Source: an uncultured Acidobacteriota bacterium
GTDB taxonomy: Bacteria; Acidobacteriota; Thermoanaerobaculia; Multivoradales; JAHEKO01
DNA length: 64,000 nt
Assembly: GCA_963713825.1 (NCBI GenBank)
Contig: CAVQNG010000025.1
Coordinates: forward strand, 64,001-128,000
Direction of reading: 5' to 3'
The notes under the pieces are model-generated. The model did no database searches and was not told the DNA's origin. It saw nothing but the letters and a program-made list of their open reading frames with translations. Of this stretch, positions 48,193 through 58,272 are shown piece by piece. Made by a program: the position numbers and the translations under genes. Numbering within the stretch: position 1 is the first letter of the stretch; each line of letters begins with the position of its first letter.

Positions 48193-49230
48193 TCAGTCGA
48201 GATCGAGTGTCGGTTGTGCAAGGTCTGCGTCAGGGTCGGGTTCCTCGGAGCCCTCTTCTGCCACACCTTCCTGCCGAGGGGTGAAACCGGTATAGAGGAA
48301 GCGGCTGAAGCCGGTCAGATACTGAAGCGGTGGATCCTTCTCGCTCGCCTCCCGCAGCTGCGCCAGCTTGGAGTCCAGATCGTCGATGAAATGCAACGCG
48401 ATCGCTTCCGGTGTCATCGGCTGCACAGGAGAGCCGAACTCGAGTCGCCCCTGGTGGGAGAGGACCAGGTGCTCGAGGTGCAGCTGCAGCTCGGTCGGAA
48501 AATCGGCGATCGCCTGACAGCGTTCGCGCAACAGATCACGGCCCATCACCACGTGACCCACCAGACGCCCTTCCAGGGTGTAATCGTTGTTCGGCATCGC
48601 GCCCAATTCGAGGGTCTTGCCCAGGTCGTGAAAGAGCACGCCCAGTAGGACTGCGTCACGATTCAATTCCGGATAGTGACGGCAGACTCCCAATGCCAGC
48701 TCGGCCATGGAGACCACATGCTCGAGAAGGCCACCCCGGAACGCGTGGTGGATCATCTTGGCGGCTGGGTGCTCTCGAAGCTTCTCCCCATGACTCTCCA
48801 ATGTTTCGTTGGCGAGACGCTTCAGAAGCGGGTCTTCGATCTCCTGGGACATGATTTCGGAGAGGCGCTGCTCGAGCTCGTCGATGCTGAGTCGCGTCGA
48901 AGGGATGAGGGTCGATTCGTCGAAGCCATGTTGGCGGTCGTCGCTAGTGGCCTGTCGGCACTCACGCACGTTGAGCTGGAGTTGATCCCGGTAGCTTTGT
49001 ACCGTTCCCTTGTAGGCCACAAAATCGTGCAGCTCGTAGGTGCCGTTCAAAGCGGGGCTGTCGGACCAGGCTTTGCCGGTAATCGAGCTGCTGGCGTCCT
49101 TGAGCACCAGATCGAGGAAGTCGCGACCGTTCTTGTCCTGACGACGTTCCATTTTGGCGAGATAGGCGAATCCGGAGACGCTGTCCCCATCCTCGAAAGT
49201 GCAAATCGGTTCGTTGCTGCGACGTGTCAT
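48193..49230 (-). CDS. yhaM: 3'-5' exoribonuclease YhaM/Cbf1 (OB fold plus HD domain)
   Basis: OB fold, then HPAAKMIHHAFRGGLLEH, HDLGK, GHV, SHQG..EFGSP, DDLDSK. Confidence 0.88.
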   Translation of the reverse strand: MTRRSNEPICTFEDGDSVSGFAYLAKMERRQDKNGRDFLDLVLKDASSSITGKAWSDSPALNGTYELHDFVAYKGTVQSYRDQLQLNVRECRQATSDDRQHGFDESTLIPSTRLSIDELEQRLSEIMSQEIEDPLLKRLANETLESHGEKLREHPAAKMIHHAFRGGLLEHVVSMAELALGVCRHYPELNRDAVLLGVLFHDLGKTLELGAMPNNDYTLEGRLVGHVVMGRDLLRERCQAIADFPTELQLHLEHLVLSHQGRLEFGSPVQPMTPEAIALHFIDDLDSKLAQLREASEKDPPLQYLTGFSRFLYTGFTPRQEGVAEEGSEEPDPDADLAQPTLDLD

Positions 49231-49391
49231 GATCTTCGGGCTCCGGAATCTGCAAGCTTCCACATCGTCGGGTCCGTATGACCCAGAGAAGCGCCTGCGT
49301 GGTGAGGCTATTGTATGGCGCATCATGGCCTGCGGTAGTCTTCGACCTCGGGTACCGGTCAATGGCAGTCTTATTGCAGAGGTTACGCACC

Positions 49392-51917
49392 ATGTTCAGA
49401 CAGTTTGCCTTGATCAGCTTGTCGATTCTCGGCCTGGCGACAGTGGGCCTGGCTCAGGATTGGGATGAAATCGTCCTCTGGCCGGAGCATCAGCGGTCCT
49501 TCCTGCAGGACGTACCGGCGTTGTTGCTCACCGATGAGCAGCGGCAGGTGTACCTCGACGCCTCCTCCGAGGAGCGCGAGTCGATGATCGAGGCCTTCCT
49601 GGCCGATGATCCCGTGCCAGAGACGCCCCAGAATGAGCTCCTGGAAGCGATCAAGGCGCGCTACCGTCTGGTGCACTCGGAGTTTCTCGCACTGGAGGAT
49701 CAGCGGGCCGCCGCTCTGTTTCTGCATGGCAGGCCGAATCAGCGGTTGGCAATCGAGTGCGCGATGGCCTTCAAACCCGTCGAGATCTGGGTCTATGGCG
49801 AAGCGGAAGCCGCTGTCAGCTTGGTCTTCTACGAGACGATTCCCGACGGCCCGTACCGCATCTGGTTACCCGTCGATTCCAAGCGACTGCTCTACAACGA
49901 TGAGATGCAGTACTGGCTGGAGCAATGGGAGGAGCTGGGCGGGAAGAAGATCGCCAAGCGATTCGACCTCCAGATCTGTAAGCAGGCGCGGATCGTGGAT
50001 CAGGCCACAGGGATCGAGGGTCTGCGTGGCTTTCAGCCTGGAAGGCCTCACAAAGACGACATTCTCCGGTACTTCGGGCCGCCTCCAGATATCGCCGAGT
50101 GGGCCCGGCAGGCGGTCGCCAGCGAGAGGACGGAAGCCGTCAAAGAGCTGGAGACTCTCGACCTGGAAGTCTTCTTCCCCGACAAGGTCCGTCAGCGAAC
50201 GGTGGCACGGTTTGTCGTGCCCATCCCTTCGGCAGCCGAGTTGGAGATCGCCGAAGAGGACGAAGAAAAGGGTCTCATCCTCGCTATGGAAGGCGTCATC
50301 GAGCAGGATGGGAAGGTGTTCGACGAGTTCAGGGTGCGGTTCAAGATCGAGCCGCCGGCGGAGGACGTGCCGATTGTTCTGGCGATGGACCAGTTGCTAC
50401 GCCCCAATCGGACTTTTCTCGTTCGATTGCGTGTGCGCGACGAAGTCGGGGGCGCGGAAGCGTACCTGACGAGGGGTTTCGTCGTGCCTGAAGAGCCCCA
50501 ACCCATGGACATCCCACCTGTGCCCGAGGGAACGATCCTCGCCATGGGGCAGGATCTGGCAAAGTCCGAGATCCAGGGCCAGGACAGCCTCCTGCTGGTG
50601 CCGCCGCCAACAGAGGTTGTTCTGGGGCTCTGGAGGGCCGAGGCTCTCGTCACCGGTGGCCGCATTGCCAAGGTGCGGTTTCTGGTCGATGGCAAGCCAC
50701 AAATGACCCGCTCGACCCGTCCGTTTGCGGCTGAGCTTCGATTGGCCAAGTTTCCGGTGGAGCAGGTTGTCAGGGCCGAGGGCATCGATGCGGCCAACGA
50801 GATCGTTGCTACGGACGAAGTCGTGCTCAACCAACCCCGCGGTGCGCTGCGGGTACGAATTATCGATCCAGCCAGAGGAGCCGCCGTTTCCGGCCCGACG
50901 CTCGCCCGGGCCGAGGTGGTAGTGCCAGAAGAGCGCCGGGTCGAGAAGGTGGAGTTCAGGGTCAATGAAGACCTTGTAGCGGAGCTCCAGAATCCCCCTT
51001 GGGAGGCAGAGATCAACGTCCCGCCGGCTGAAGGCATGGCCTATCTGAGCGTGGTGGCGATTCTCGACGATCAGAGCCGCTCGGAGGAGGTGCGGTTCCT
51101 CAATTCTCCCCAGTTCTTGGAGGAGGTCGAGGTCAAGCTGGTCGAGCTCTTCACAACGGTCACGGATCGCAGTGGCAGGCCAGTCAAGGGCCTCACGCAG
51201 GGTGATTTCGTGGTCAAGGAGGATGGGAGGCAGCAGCAGATCACCAAGTTCGAGCTGGTCGAGGATCTGCCCCTGACTCTCGGCTTCGTGATCGACACCT
51301 CGGGCTCGATGACGGAATCCCTGCCGGAAGCCAAGGCAGCAGCCATGGGCTTCCTGGAGAACATCATCACCCTGCGAGACAAGGTCTTCGCGGTCTCCTT
51401 CAGCGACCAGCCCAGATTGCTCATCGCACCCACCGATGACGTCAGTGCTGTTCAGGGCTCTCTCGAAGATCTTCAAGCGGTTGGCTGGACTACGTTGCAC
51501 GACGCGGTGGTCACAGGTCTCTATTACTTCAGGGCGATGCGCGGCCGACGTGCCTTGATTCTGCTTTCGGACGGGGATGACACCGCCAGTGCCATGCCGT
51601 TTCGAGATTCCCTCGAGTTCGCCCGCCGCAGCGGTGTGACCATCTACTCGATTGGCCTCGATGTGGGTGCCCTGGAGAGAGGTGTTCGCAACAAACTGAC
51701 GAACCTGGCCGAAGAATCCGGCGGCCGGGTGTTCTTCATCTCCAAGGCGCAGGAGCTGGCCGACGTCTACCGCGAGATCGAGGAAGAGCTGAGGAGTCAG
51801 TACCTGGTGGCCTATGCGTCGGACAACCCGGAGCCCGATGGCCAGTTTCGCGAGGTCGAGGTCGACGTCAAGAGCGGCAAGTTGAAGGCCAGGACCATCC
51901 GGGGCTACTATCCGTGA
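49392..51917 (+). CDS. Exported VWA-domain protein (acidobacterial type) with GWxTD-like and Ig-like regions
   Basis: Signal peptide; HGRP..EIWVY; C-terminal MIDAS DTSGSM, T.LHDA, LSDGDD, SGGR, ELRSQY; start uncertain. Confidence 0.8.
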   Translation: MFRQFALISLSILGLATVGLAQDWDEIVLWPEHQRSFLQDVPALLLTDEQRQVYLDASSEERESMIEAFLADDPVPETPQNELLEAIKARYRLVHSEFLALEDQRAAALFLHGRPNQRLAIECAMAFKPVEIWVYGEAEAAVSLVFYETIPDGPYRIWLPVDSKRLLYNDEMQYWLEQWEELGGKKIAKRFDLQICKQARIVDQATGIEGLRGFQPGRPHKDDILRYFGPPPDIAEWARQAVASERTEAVKELETLDLEVFFPDKVRQRTVARFVVPIPSAAELEIAEEDEEKGLILAMEGVIEQDGKVFDEFRVRFKIEPPAEDVPIVLAMDQLLRPNRTFLVRLRVRDEVGGAEAYLTRGFVVPEEPQPMDIPPVPEGTILAMGQDLAKSEIQGQDSLLLVPPPTEVVLGLWRAEALVTGGRIAKVRFLVDGKPQMTRSTRPFAAELRLAKFPVEQVVRAEGIDAANEIVATDEVVLNQPRGALRVRIIDPARGAAVSGPTLARAEVVVPEERRVEKVEFRVNEDLVAELQNPPWEAEINVPPAEGMAYLSVVAILDDQSRSEEVRFLNSPQFLEEVEVKLVELFTTVTDRSGRPVKGLTQGDFVVKEDGRQQQITKFELVEDLPLTLGFVIDTSGSMTESLPEAKAAAMGFLENIITLRDKVFAVSFSDQPRLLIAPTDDVSAVQGSLEDLQAVGWTTLHDAVVTGLYYFRAMRGRRALILLSDGDDTASAMPFRDSLEFARRSGVTIYSIGLDVGALERGVRNKLTNLAEESGGRVFFISKAQELADVYREIEEELRSQYLVAYASDNPEPDGQFREVEVDVKSGKLKARTIRGYYP

Positions 51918-51935
51918 TCCGGAGCTAGTCTGGAA

Positions 51936-52673
51936 ATGGTGATCGATCGAGTCATGGAACCAAGTCCATCGGGGAAGGTCTGCCGATGGCGAGCGGCGAA
52001 GAGTCGTGCTCTCCTGGTGGTCTGGATGATGCTAGCGCCGATTCTGTCACTGCCGTTGAGCGCGGCGGAGGCGAATCTGCCCGAGAATTCCGAGGTGCTC
52101 CAGTCGGATCGGGTCGATGGGGTTCACCGGGACCTGGCGACCGAGATTGCTCCGATCGAGCAGGGTGCCATCGTCATTCAGTTGTACTCGGAAAATCCCG
52201 TGCTGGAAGTGGTGAGCCACGAGCTCCTTCTGTGGCCCTTGGAGGGCAACTCCCACGGCGCCAGACTGACGGCCCTGTTCCAGGGTGAAGCAGATGTTCA
52301 GGCGGACCTCGAGGTCGCTGGGCTGCCGGCGCAGATGGCCGACTTCGTCGAGTTGCCGGAGCAGGAGACTTCGATCGAAGGGCGATTCGAGATTGCGCAG
52401 GAGGAGTCGGGTTATCGAGTTGTCGCCGAGGAGCTGCCGCGCTTCATCGAGATCCGGGTCAAGAGCCGGCTTGCGGGGCAGTTGGTCACGCTTTGTCGAG
52501 GTCTGGCGCTATTCGCGCCGGGGAGCGGCGCCGAGTGTGAGGGACTCGATCGGTTGCTCTCCGTGGTGCGCCTGCCCATGCCGGAGGCGGGCGAGACGTA
52601 TTTCATCGAACAGTCGAGATTGACCGACTTCGAGAGAGAGCAGCTCGACAGCTACCTCAGTCGCAGCCGATGA
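51936..52673 (+). CDS. Hypothetical exported protein
   Basis: Signal-like segment ending LSA; codon usage like neighbours; follows the VWA gene. Confidence 0.55.
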   Translation: MVIDRVMEPSPSGKVCRWRAAKSRALLVVWMMLAPILSLPLSAAEANLPENSEVLQSDRVDGVHRDLATEIAPIEQGAIVIQLYSENPVLEVVSHELLLWPLEGNSHGARLTALFQGEADVQADLEVAGLPAQMADFVELPEQETSIEGRFEIAQEESGYRVVAEELPRFIEIRVKSRLAGQLVTLCRGLALFAPGSGAECEGLDRLLSVVRLPMPEAGETYFIEQSRLTDFEREQLDSYLSRSR

Positions 52674-52684
52674 GCTCCAGTCTC

Positions 52685-55600
52685 TCAGGAGAGATCTTGA
52701 TCGAGGGGTAGGCCTGCTCGGGTGGCAGCTTCGAGGATCTCTCGATGCTCGGCAATTTGAAACAGGAAATCATGGCGTAGCTGAGGCTCCAGGTGCGAGG
52801 CCTTGCGAAGAATCTCCCGGTAGGCGGCCTGGAGGTGAGGGAGCGGGTCTGCCGCCGTTTCACCCTGCTCGCGAAGCCAGGTCAGTCCCCGGTACAGGCC
52901 GAATCGAATCTCTTCCAGCAGCTCGGCTCTGGGTAGCTCCTGCAGGTGCTCCAGCAGCTGGTCGGACCATCGGCGGGCATCGTCGATCTCTTCGATGTTG
53001 ACCGCCAGCCGAATCAACATGGCCAGGTCGAAGCCGACTGCCTCGTCGTCTCCCACTTCTCGATGGGCCTTGAGGGCCGCGGCGAGGTGGTCCCGGACCG
53101 ACTCGAATCTGCGTTGCTGCAGCCCGATTCGACCGAGCAACAGCTCGGCGTCCGCCAGCAGGGATTTGCGCGAGATCACGTTCAGTTTGAAGTGGGCTTC
53201 GATGGCCTCTTGGAGTGCCTTTTCGTGCTGACCCAGAAATAGGTGGTTCTCTGCAACGGCGAGTCGCGCGACTGCCTCCCCGGCTACCTCGTCCTTGCCT
53301 TGCCGGAGGGAGAGGGCCCTCTTCAGGGGTCCAGAGGCGGCCGTGTAGTCGCCCAATCGGATGAGTGCCTTGCCGAGCCCCAACAGTGGAAATCCGACAT
53401 CCTCTTCGGCTCCGTGCTCTTCGAGTATCTCCTGCGCCTCGCGGTAGCTTTCGAGGGCCAGCGGATAGTTGCCGAGAGCCAGGTAGACCGCGCCGAGAGC
53501 GGTCAGAGAATTGCCCGAGGCACGCTGGATCCCCTGCTTGCGCCGCTCTGCCAGCGCTTCCTGGTGGAACCTCAAGGCATCTTCGAGTCGGTTCTCCTGG
53601 GCCGCTATGTTGCCGAGGTGGTAGCTGCAGGCGGCACAGAGGGCGGTGGCGCCACGCTGCTCCAGTGTGACACTCAGCTTCTCGAAGAGTTGTTTGGCCT
53701 CTTCGAAGCGCTCCTGATCGAGATGCAGGCGACCAAGCTGAATCAGGAGCAGCGCCTGGCGCCGCTCGTCGGCACCCTGTGCCGCTGACAGCGCCAGACG
53801 AATCGTCGTTTCGGCGTCCTGATAGCGACCAGCTTCTCGATCCATCTCGCCTTTGAGCCCGGCCAGAGCGAGCAGGCGACTCGGATGACCCGAGGCCATC
53901 TCGACCGCTCGAGCCAGCTCGCCTTCGTACTCGTGCAGGCGCCCGTGCTTGCGGGCGAGCGGCAGAAGCCTCCACAGAATCTCGAGCTCGGTATCGGGGC
54001 TGCCGCGGCGCTTTCTGACCGATCGCAGCTCGGCGTCGAGGGTGGCCAGCATCTGGGCCGGAGGAACGCTCGCCGCGTGAGGTGTCTTGAGGGCCTGAAT
54101 CAGTGACTTGAGTCCTTCACCGGTGCCCTGAAGGAGATTGTAGGACTCCCAGTGCGCCTCTCCGCTGCGACTGCCATCGGCCAACACCTTGCCCATGAGC
54201 TGTCGGGCCAGGTCGGTGGTTTCCAGCGCCAGGCTCTGTCGAAGAGCCATGGAGAAGGCTTTGGACGTGAGTTCTACTCCCGGTCCCCAAGCCGTGGTGA
54301 CGGAATGAAGGAGTCCGGCAGCCAGCGGGGAGGATTCCCAGCTCACAGGTGGCGAAGTCCCGAGCTTCGTGGCAGCCGCCTCCAGACTCTCTGGTGGAAC
54401 TGCTCCACCCACTGCCGATAGGAGTTGAAGGGGAAGGAGCGCCTCGAGTCGCGCCGCCTCGGCGACAAGATGGCAGATCAGTCGCGGAGACGGCTGGAAA
54501 TCGGTCGATTCAGCGCCGGCAAAGAAGAAGCTGCCGTAGACCCGTCGCAGGTTCTTTTCTCGGATCAGAGCCGCCATACCTTCTTCCAGAGCAAACGGAT
54601 AGCCCAGGGTCGCTTCCTGCAAGCGTTCTTCGACAGTGGTGGGGAGCGACAGTCCGTCGAACAGACGCTCGGCGAGCACCTCCATCTCGGAGCGATCGAA
54701 GGGATGGAAAGGCAGGGTAGGCAGTTGATGCATGGTCGGTGGCAGAGCCGGGCCACCTCGGCCAACGAGCAGCAGGTGGAATCCGCGGCCGAGCTCGGGG
54801 TGATCCAACAAGTGGCGAACGAAATCGGAATCGTCACCGTCGATCTGTTCCACATCGTCGACGACGATGTAGAGAGGACTCGAGAGACCCTTGGAAATTC
54901 GTGCCAGGATAGCTGGGATCTGTTCTGTCAGCGCCTGCTCGCCGTCGGCGTCATCGGTCGACAGCAGGGCATGAATCTCGTCCTGTAGCTGGACGTCGCG
55001 AATCTTGGGTAGCAGCGGTAGTGCCGAAGAGGGTGAAGGCGGAGCCAACAACTGCTCTGCCATTTGACGCACGAGTGATCGGCCTCGGCGTCGACTGGGC
55101 TGGGCCCGCAGCCACAAGGCCGGGGTTCCCGTGTGCAGCAGAACCTCGAAAACCAGGCGGCTCTTGCCGCACCCCAAAGCTCCTTCGACACGCCATGCCG
55201 GGACTGTCAAGTGGTCCTTGACGGAGTTGAACAGGGCCGTCCGGGGTACCGGTTTGAGTCGGCGGTTGAGCAGTTCGGGATTCCGCCAGGGAGCCGCGAC
55301 GCGCTGTGCGGGGCCCACTTCGAAGACGGGGATGGAACCACCCAGCAGCTCGGCGGTAACAGAGCTCGGCGAAAGCTCTCGAGGTTCCTCGAGCATGCTG
55401 GCAGCCCATCCGGTGACGTGAACTCGCCCCGGTCGAAGATTGCCGGACCAGGCCTCGACATGCTCTCCGACCGGGTCGACCGCTAGCGATGGAATACCCT
55501 GGCGAAACACGACCTCTCCGGGAGAAACGAGTATCCTGAGACCTGCTGCCCCAGCGGGGGTCTGTCTTCTCTGCAGGCTGTCGACTAGCGACATTCCGAG

Positions 55601-55825
55601 GTGGATCGCGGTGTCTACCGGAGCCGGATCGGGTGCTTCTGGAGTGATGACAGCGATACCCGAATCGAGGCGGTGCAGGCCCGGCAAGTGGGGAAGCAGA
55701 TCATCGATCCGGGTCGTTTCAGAGGCTGCCGAAGAACCGCGCTCGGGCCACAATCTGAGCACAGCGCCTGGCAATCGCAGGTCGAAGGGCTGCTTCTTCT
55801 TCTTTCTGGATCGGGCTGCGGTCAT
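52685..55825 (-). CDS. P-loop NTPase (STAND/AAA_16-like) with C-terminal TPR array and degenerate cyclase-like N-terminus
   Basis: Walker A GALGCGKS, Walker B IVVDD, GYPF (GxP), several TPRs (LGAVYLALGNYPLALESYREA). Confidence 0.75.
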   Translation of the reverse strand: MTAARSRKKKKQPFDLRLPGAVLRLWPERGSSAASETTRIDDLLPHLPGLHRLDSGIAVITPEAPDPAPVDTAIHLGMSLVDSLQRRQTPAGAAGLRILVSPGEVVFRQGIPSLAVDPVGEHVEAWSGNLRPGRVHVTGWAASMLEEPRELSPSSVTAELLGGSIPVFEVGPAQRVAAPWRNPELLNRRLKPVPRTALFNSVKDHLTVPAWRVEGALGCGKSRLVFEVLLHTGTPALWLRAQPSRRRGRSLVRQMAEQLLAPPSPSSALPLLPKIRDVQLQDEIHALLSTDDADGEQALTEQIPAILARISKGLSSPLYIVVDDVEQIDGDDSDFVRHLLDHPELGRGFHLLLVGRGGPALPPTMHQLPTLPFHPFDRSEMEVLAERLFDGLSLPTTVEERLQEATLGYPFALEEGMAALIREKNLRRVYGSFFFAGAESTDFQPSPRLICHLVAEAARLEALLPLQLLSAVGGAVPPESLEAAATKLGTSPPVSWESSPLAAGLLHSVTTAWGPGVELTSKAFSMALRQSLALETTDLARQLMGKVLADGSRSGEAHWESYNLLQGTGEGLKSLIQALKTPHAASVPPAQMLATLDAELRSVRKRRGSPDTELEILWRLLPLARKHGRLHEYEGELARAVEMASGHPSRLLALAGLKGEMDREAGRYQDAETTIRLALSAAQGADERRQALLLIQLGRLHLDQERFEEAKQLFEKLSVTLEQRGATALCAACSYHLGNIAAQENRLEDALRFHQEALAERRKQGIQRASGNSLTALGAVYLALGNYPLALESYREAQEILEEHGAEEDVGFPLLGLGKALIRLGDYTAASGPLKRALSLRQGKDEVAGEAVARLAVAENHLFLGQHEKALQEAIEAHFKLNVISRKSLLADAELLLGRIGLQQRRFESVRDHLAAALKAHREVGDDEAVGFDLAMLIRLAVNIEEIDDARRWSDQLLEHLQELPRAELLEEIRFGLYRGLTWLREQGETAADPLPHLQAAYREILRKASHLEPQLRHDFLFQIAEHREILEAATRAGLPLDQDLS

Positions 55826-56048
55826 GGGAGCAAATCCACCAGGCTCTTTGCTGGCAGAGCGGCCGTGAAAGGCTGTAAGCACCCGGTTCGGGCGAGGAGA
55901 ACCTCCCAGAGATAGCTCTGGTATAGTGGGAGGTCGGTCTTTCGGGGCCGATTCGACACGTCTAGCTGACTCTACCGGTGTTCAAGCACTCCTTGAAGAG
56001 GCGGTAAACCAGCACCTGACCGGTGCTCTCGAAGGAGATGAAATCCAA

Positions 56049-56597
56049 ATGACGACTCGCCGACTGATCAACAGTCTGTACTATTTTACGATTGAAGACG
56101 AAAGCATGCTGGCGGAAGCCTTCACGGAGATCGATGATGATGTTTTTGCCATTACCTACAAGGTCACCGGTACCGAGGATGTCTTCGTGACCACCGAAGA
56201 GACCCGCGAGGCGATGGATCGCACCGATGTACCGTACAACCTCCTGGCCGAAGAGGATGCGACTCGCGTGGCGATCTACCATACCCCATTGTCGCGCGAG
56301 GAGTTGGTGGACTACGAAGACGCCCTCAAGGCGCTGGCTCTGGCCTACAGGGCAATTGCCATTGCCTGCGTCGGTGTGAATGGCGAGACGGACCTCGGAT
56401 TCGAGCTCACGGAGAGTGCCAAGCGATACACCTACTTCACAGCGCCTGCCGGGCACACGTTCCTTTGGCGACTCTTCCACGAGCGCCAAGAAGCCGAAGA
56501 GTTCCTCAGCAAGCTCACGCTCGGTGAGAAGGAAGCGGTCGCCTGGGCCCAGACGATTCCTCTCGAGTCCTCGGAAGATCTCGTGAGTTACCACTGA
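56049..56597 (+). CDS. Hypothetical acidic cytoplasmic protein
   Basis: AAGGAG upstream of ATG 56049; coherent 182-aa ORF, no motif recognised. Confidence 0.6.
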   Translation: MTTRRLINSLYYFTIEDESMLAEAFTEIDDDVFAITYKVTGTEDVFVTTEETREAMDRTDVPYNLLAEEDATRVAIYHTPLSREELVDYEDALKALALAYRAIAIACVGVNGETDLGFELTESAKRYTYFTAPAGHTFLWRLFHERQEAEEFLSKLTLGEKEAVAWAQTIPLESSEDLVSYH

Positions 56598-56637
56598 TGA
56601 GGGTGGACCCTGGGTTGCTCGACGGAGAGAGTGCGTC

Positions 56638-58005
56638 CTGAGCCTGCCATTCCAGGAAGAGACCTATGGGGTCTCCCAGCTGTGTACAGACCTGCGGGAC
56701 TTTCTTCGAGAGGCCTTCGCGGAAGTCTGGGTGGCTGGAGAAGTCAATCGGGTGAGGGTCAGCCAGAGAGGGCATCTCTACTTCGAGCTCATCGAAAAGG
56801 GTGACAACGATCAGATCGAGGGCAAGCTGGAGGCTGTCGCTTGGCGCACCGATCACCAGCGCATTCGTCAACAGTTGGCCGCGGCTGGTCTCGAGATCGG
56901 CGAAGGTCAGACCATTCGCTGCCGCGGAGGCGTGGACTTCTATCCGCCTTTTGGTCGATTGCAGCTTGTTGTCAGAGAGGTGGATCCTGTCTTTATGGCT
57001 GGCCTTCTGGCTCGCCTCCGGCAGGAGGTCCTCGACAGCCTGGTCGCACGAGGCCTGATCGAGCGCAATCGCCAGAAGACCCTGTCCGAGCTGCCGCTAC
57101 GCATAGCCTTGATTACTTCCGATGGTAGCGCCGCCTACCACGATTTCCTGAGCTCGCTCGAGGAGAGCGGCTACGGATTCCAGGTGTACTTCATTCATGC
57201 CGCTGTGCAGGGCAAAGAGGCGGAGAGGGAGCTGACTTCGGCTCTCGAAATGCTCTCATCGCTCACCGTTGACTGTGCCGTGCTGATTCGGGGAGGAGGG
57301 TCTCGGGCCGATCTGGCCGTGTTCGATAGCCAGGCGGTTGCCGAAGCGGTGGCTGTGACTCCCGTCCCGGTGCTTACAGGGCTGGGCCACGAAATCGACC
57401 AGGCGGTCGCCGATCTGGTCGCCAACGCGGCCTTCAAGACGCCCACCAAGGTGGCGGAGTTCCTGGTCGAACGGGTGGCTACGGAGGAACGGAGATTGGT
57501 GGAGCTCAGAGCGGCGCTGGTACGGCAGTCGTTGGGGCTGTTGCGACAGGGTCGGGAATCGCTGGGCAGGGCGCAGAGAAGCCTCGGCCTGGTAAGACTC
57601 CGACTGACAAGCGCGACAGTCCGACTGGGTCAACTGTCGGAGGTCCTCCCCCGGGTCGCTCAATGGAGCGTGGAGAAACAGAGTCACAGGCTGGGAGCCC
57701 TGCATCGGCGGCTTGCCGAGGCCGGTCCGCGTCGGCTCGCTCGAGCTCGCCGGGAGTCCGATCGCGTGGTCGAGCGAATGGCCGTGCGGGCCGAGGCCAG
57801 CTGGCGCGAGAAGTGGGCTGTGATCGAGGGCTGGCAACGCCTTTGTCGGCAGCTGTCGCCCGAGCGAACCCTCGAGCGGGGCTTTTCTGTGACCCGCGAC
57901 TCCAAGGGCAAGCTGTTGCGCCGGCCCGCAGACGCGGTCGCAGGTGAGAGAATCACGAGCCAGCTTGCGGGAGGCATGCTCGCAAGCCGAGTGGAGGAAT
58001 CATGA
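56638..58005 (+). CDS. xseA: Exodeoxyribonuclease VII large subunit
   Basis: TYGVSQL...VWVAGEV, GHLYF, VQG, RGGGS..DL..F, GHEID, TPT, LERGFS; probable CTG start at 56638. Confidence 0.92.
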   Translation: MSLPFQEETYGVSQLCTDLRDFLREAFAEVWVAGEVNRVRVSQRGHLYFELIEKGDNDQIEGKLEAVAWRTDHQRIRQQLAAAGLEIGEGQTIRCRGGVDFYPPFGRLQLVVREVDPVFMAGLLARLRQEVLDSLVARGLIERNRQKTLSELPLRIALITSDGSAAYHDFLSSLEESGYGFQVYFIHAAVQGKEAERELTSALEMLSSLTVDCAVLIRGGGSRADLAVFDSQAVAEAVAVTPVPVLTGLGHEIDQAVADLVANAAFKTPTKVAEFLVERVATEERRLVELRAALVRQSLGLLRQGRESLGRAQRSLGLVRLRLTSATVRLGQLSEVLPRVAQWSVEKQSHRLGALHRRLAEAGPRRLARARRESDRVVERMAVRAEASWREKWAVIEGWQRLCRQLSPERTLERGFSVTRDSKGKLLRRPADAVAGERITSQLAGGMLASRVEES

Positions 58006-58250
58006 GCGCGAAGAAGAAGGCCACAGAGGATCTCCGCTTTGGCGAGGCCATCGAGGAGTTGGAGAGTATCCTGAACCAGGTCGAAGCCGAAGAGATCGAT
58101 ATCGACGAATTGGCGGATCAGCTGAAGGTGGCAGCCGAGTTGTTGGAGTTGTGCCGCAGCAAGATTCGTCGTGCCGAGGTCGAGGTAACCCAGATCGTTC
58201 AAGCTCTGGAGGAGGCCGAGACAGAGGCCGAACAGGAGGAGGACTCTTGA
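58002..58250 (+). CDS. xseB: Exodeoxyribonuclease VII small subunit
   Basis: F.EAIEELE.I...E...C...I..AE..V pattern; ATGA overlap with xseA. Confidence 0.92.
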   Translation: MSAKKKATEDLRFGEAIEELESILNQVEAEEIDIDELADQLKVAAELLELCRSKIRRAEVEVTQIVQALEEAETEAEQEEDS

Positions 58251-58272
58251 GGCGCCAGCAGAGGTCCGAGCT

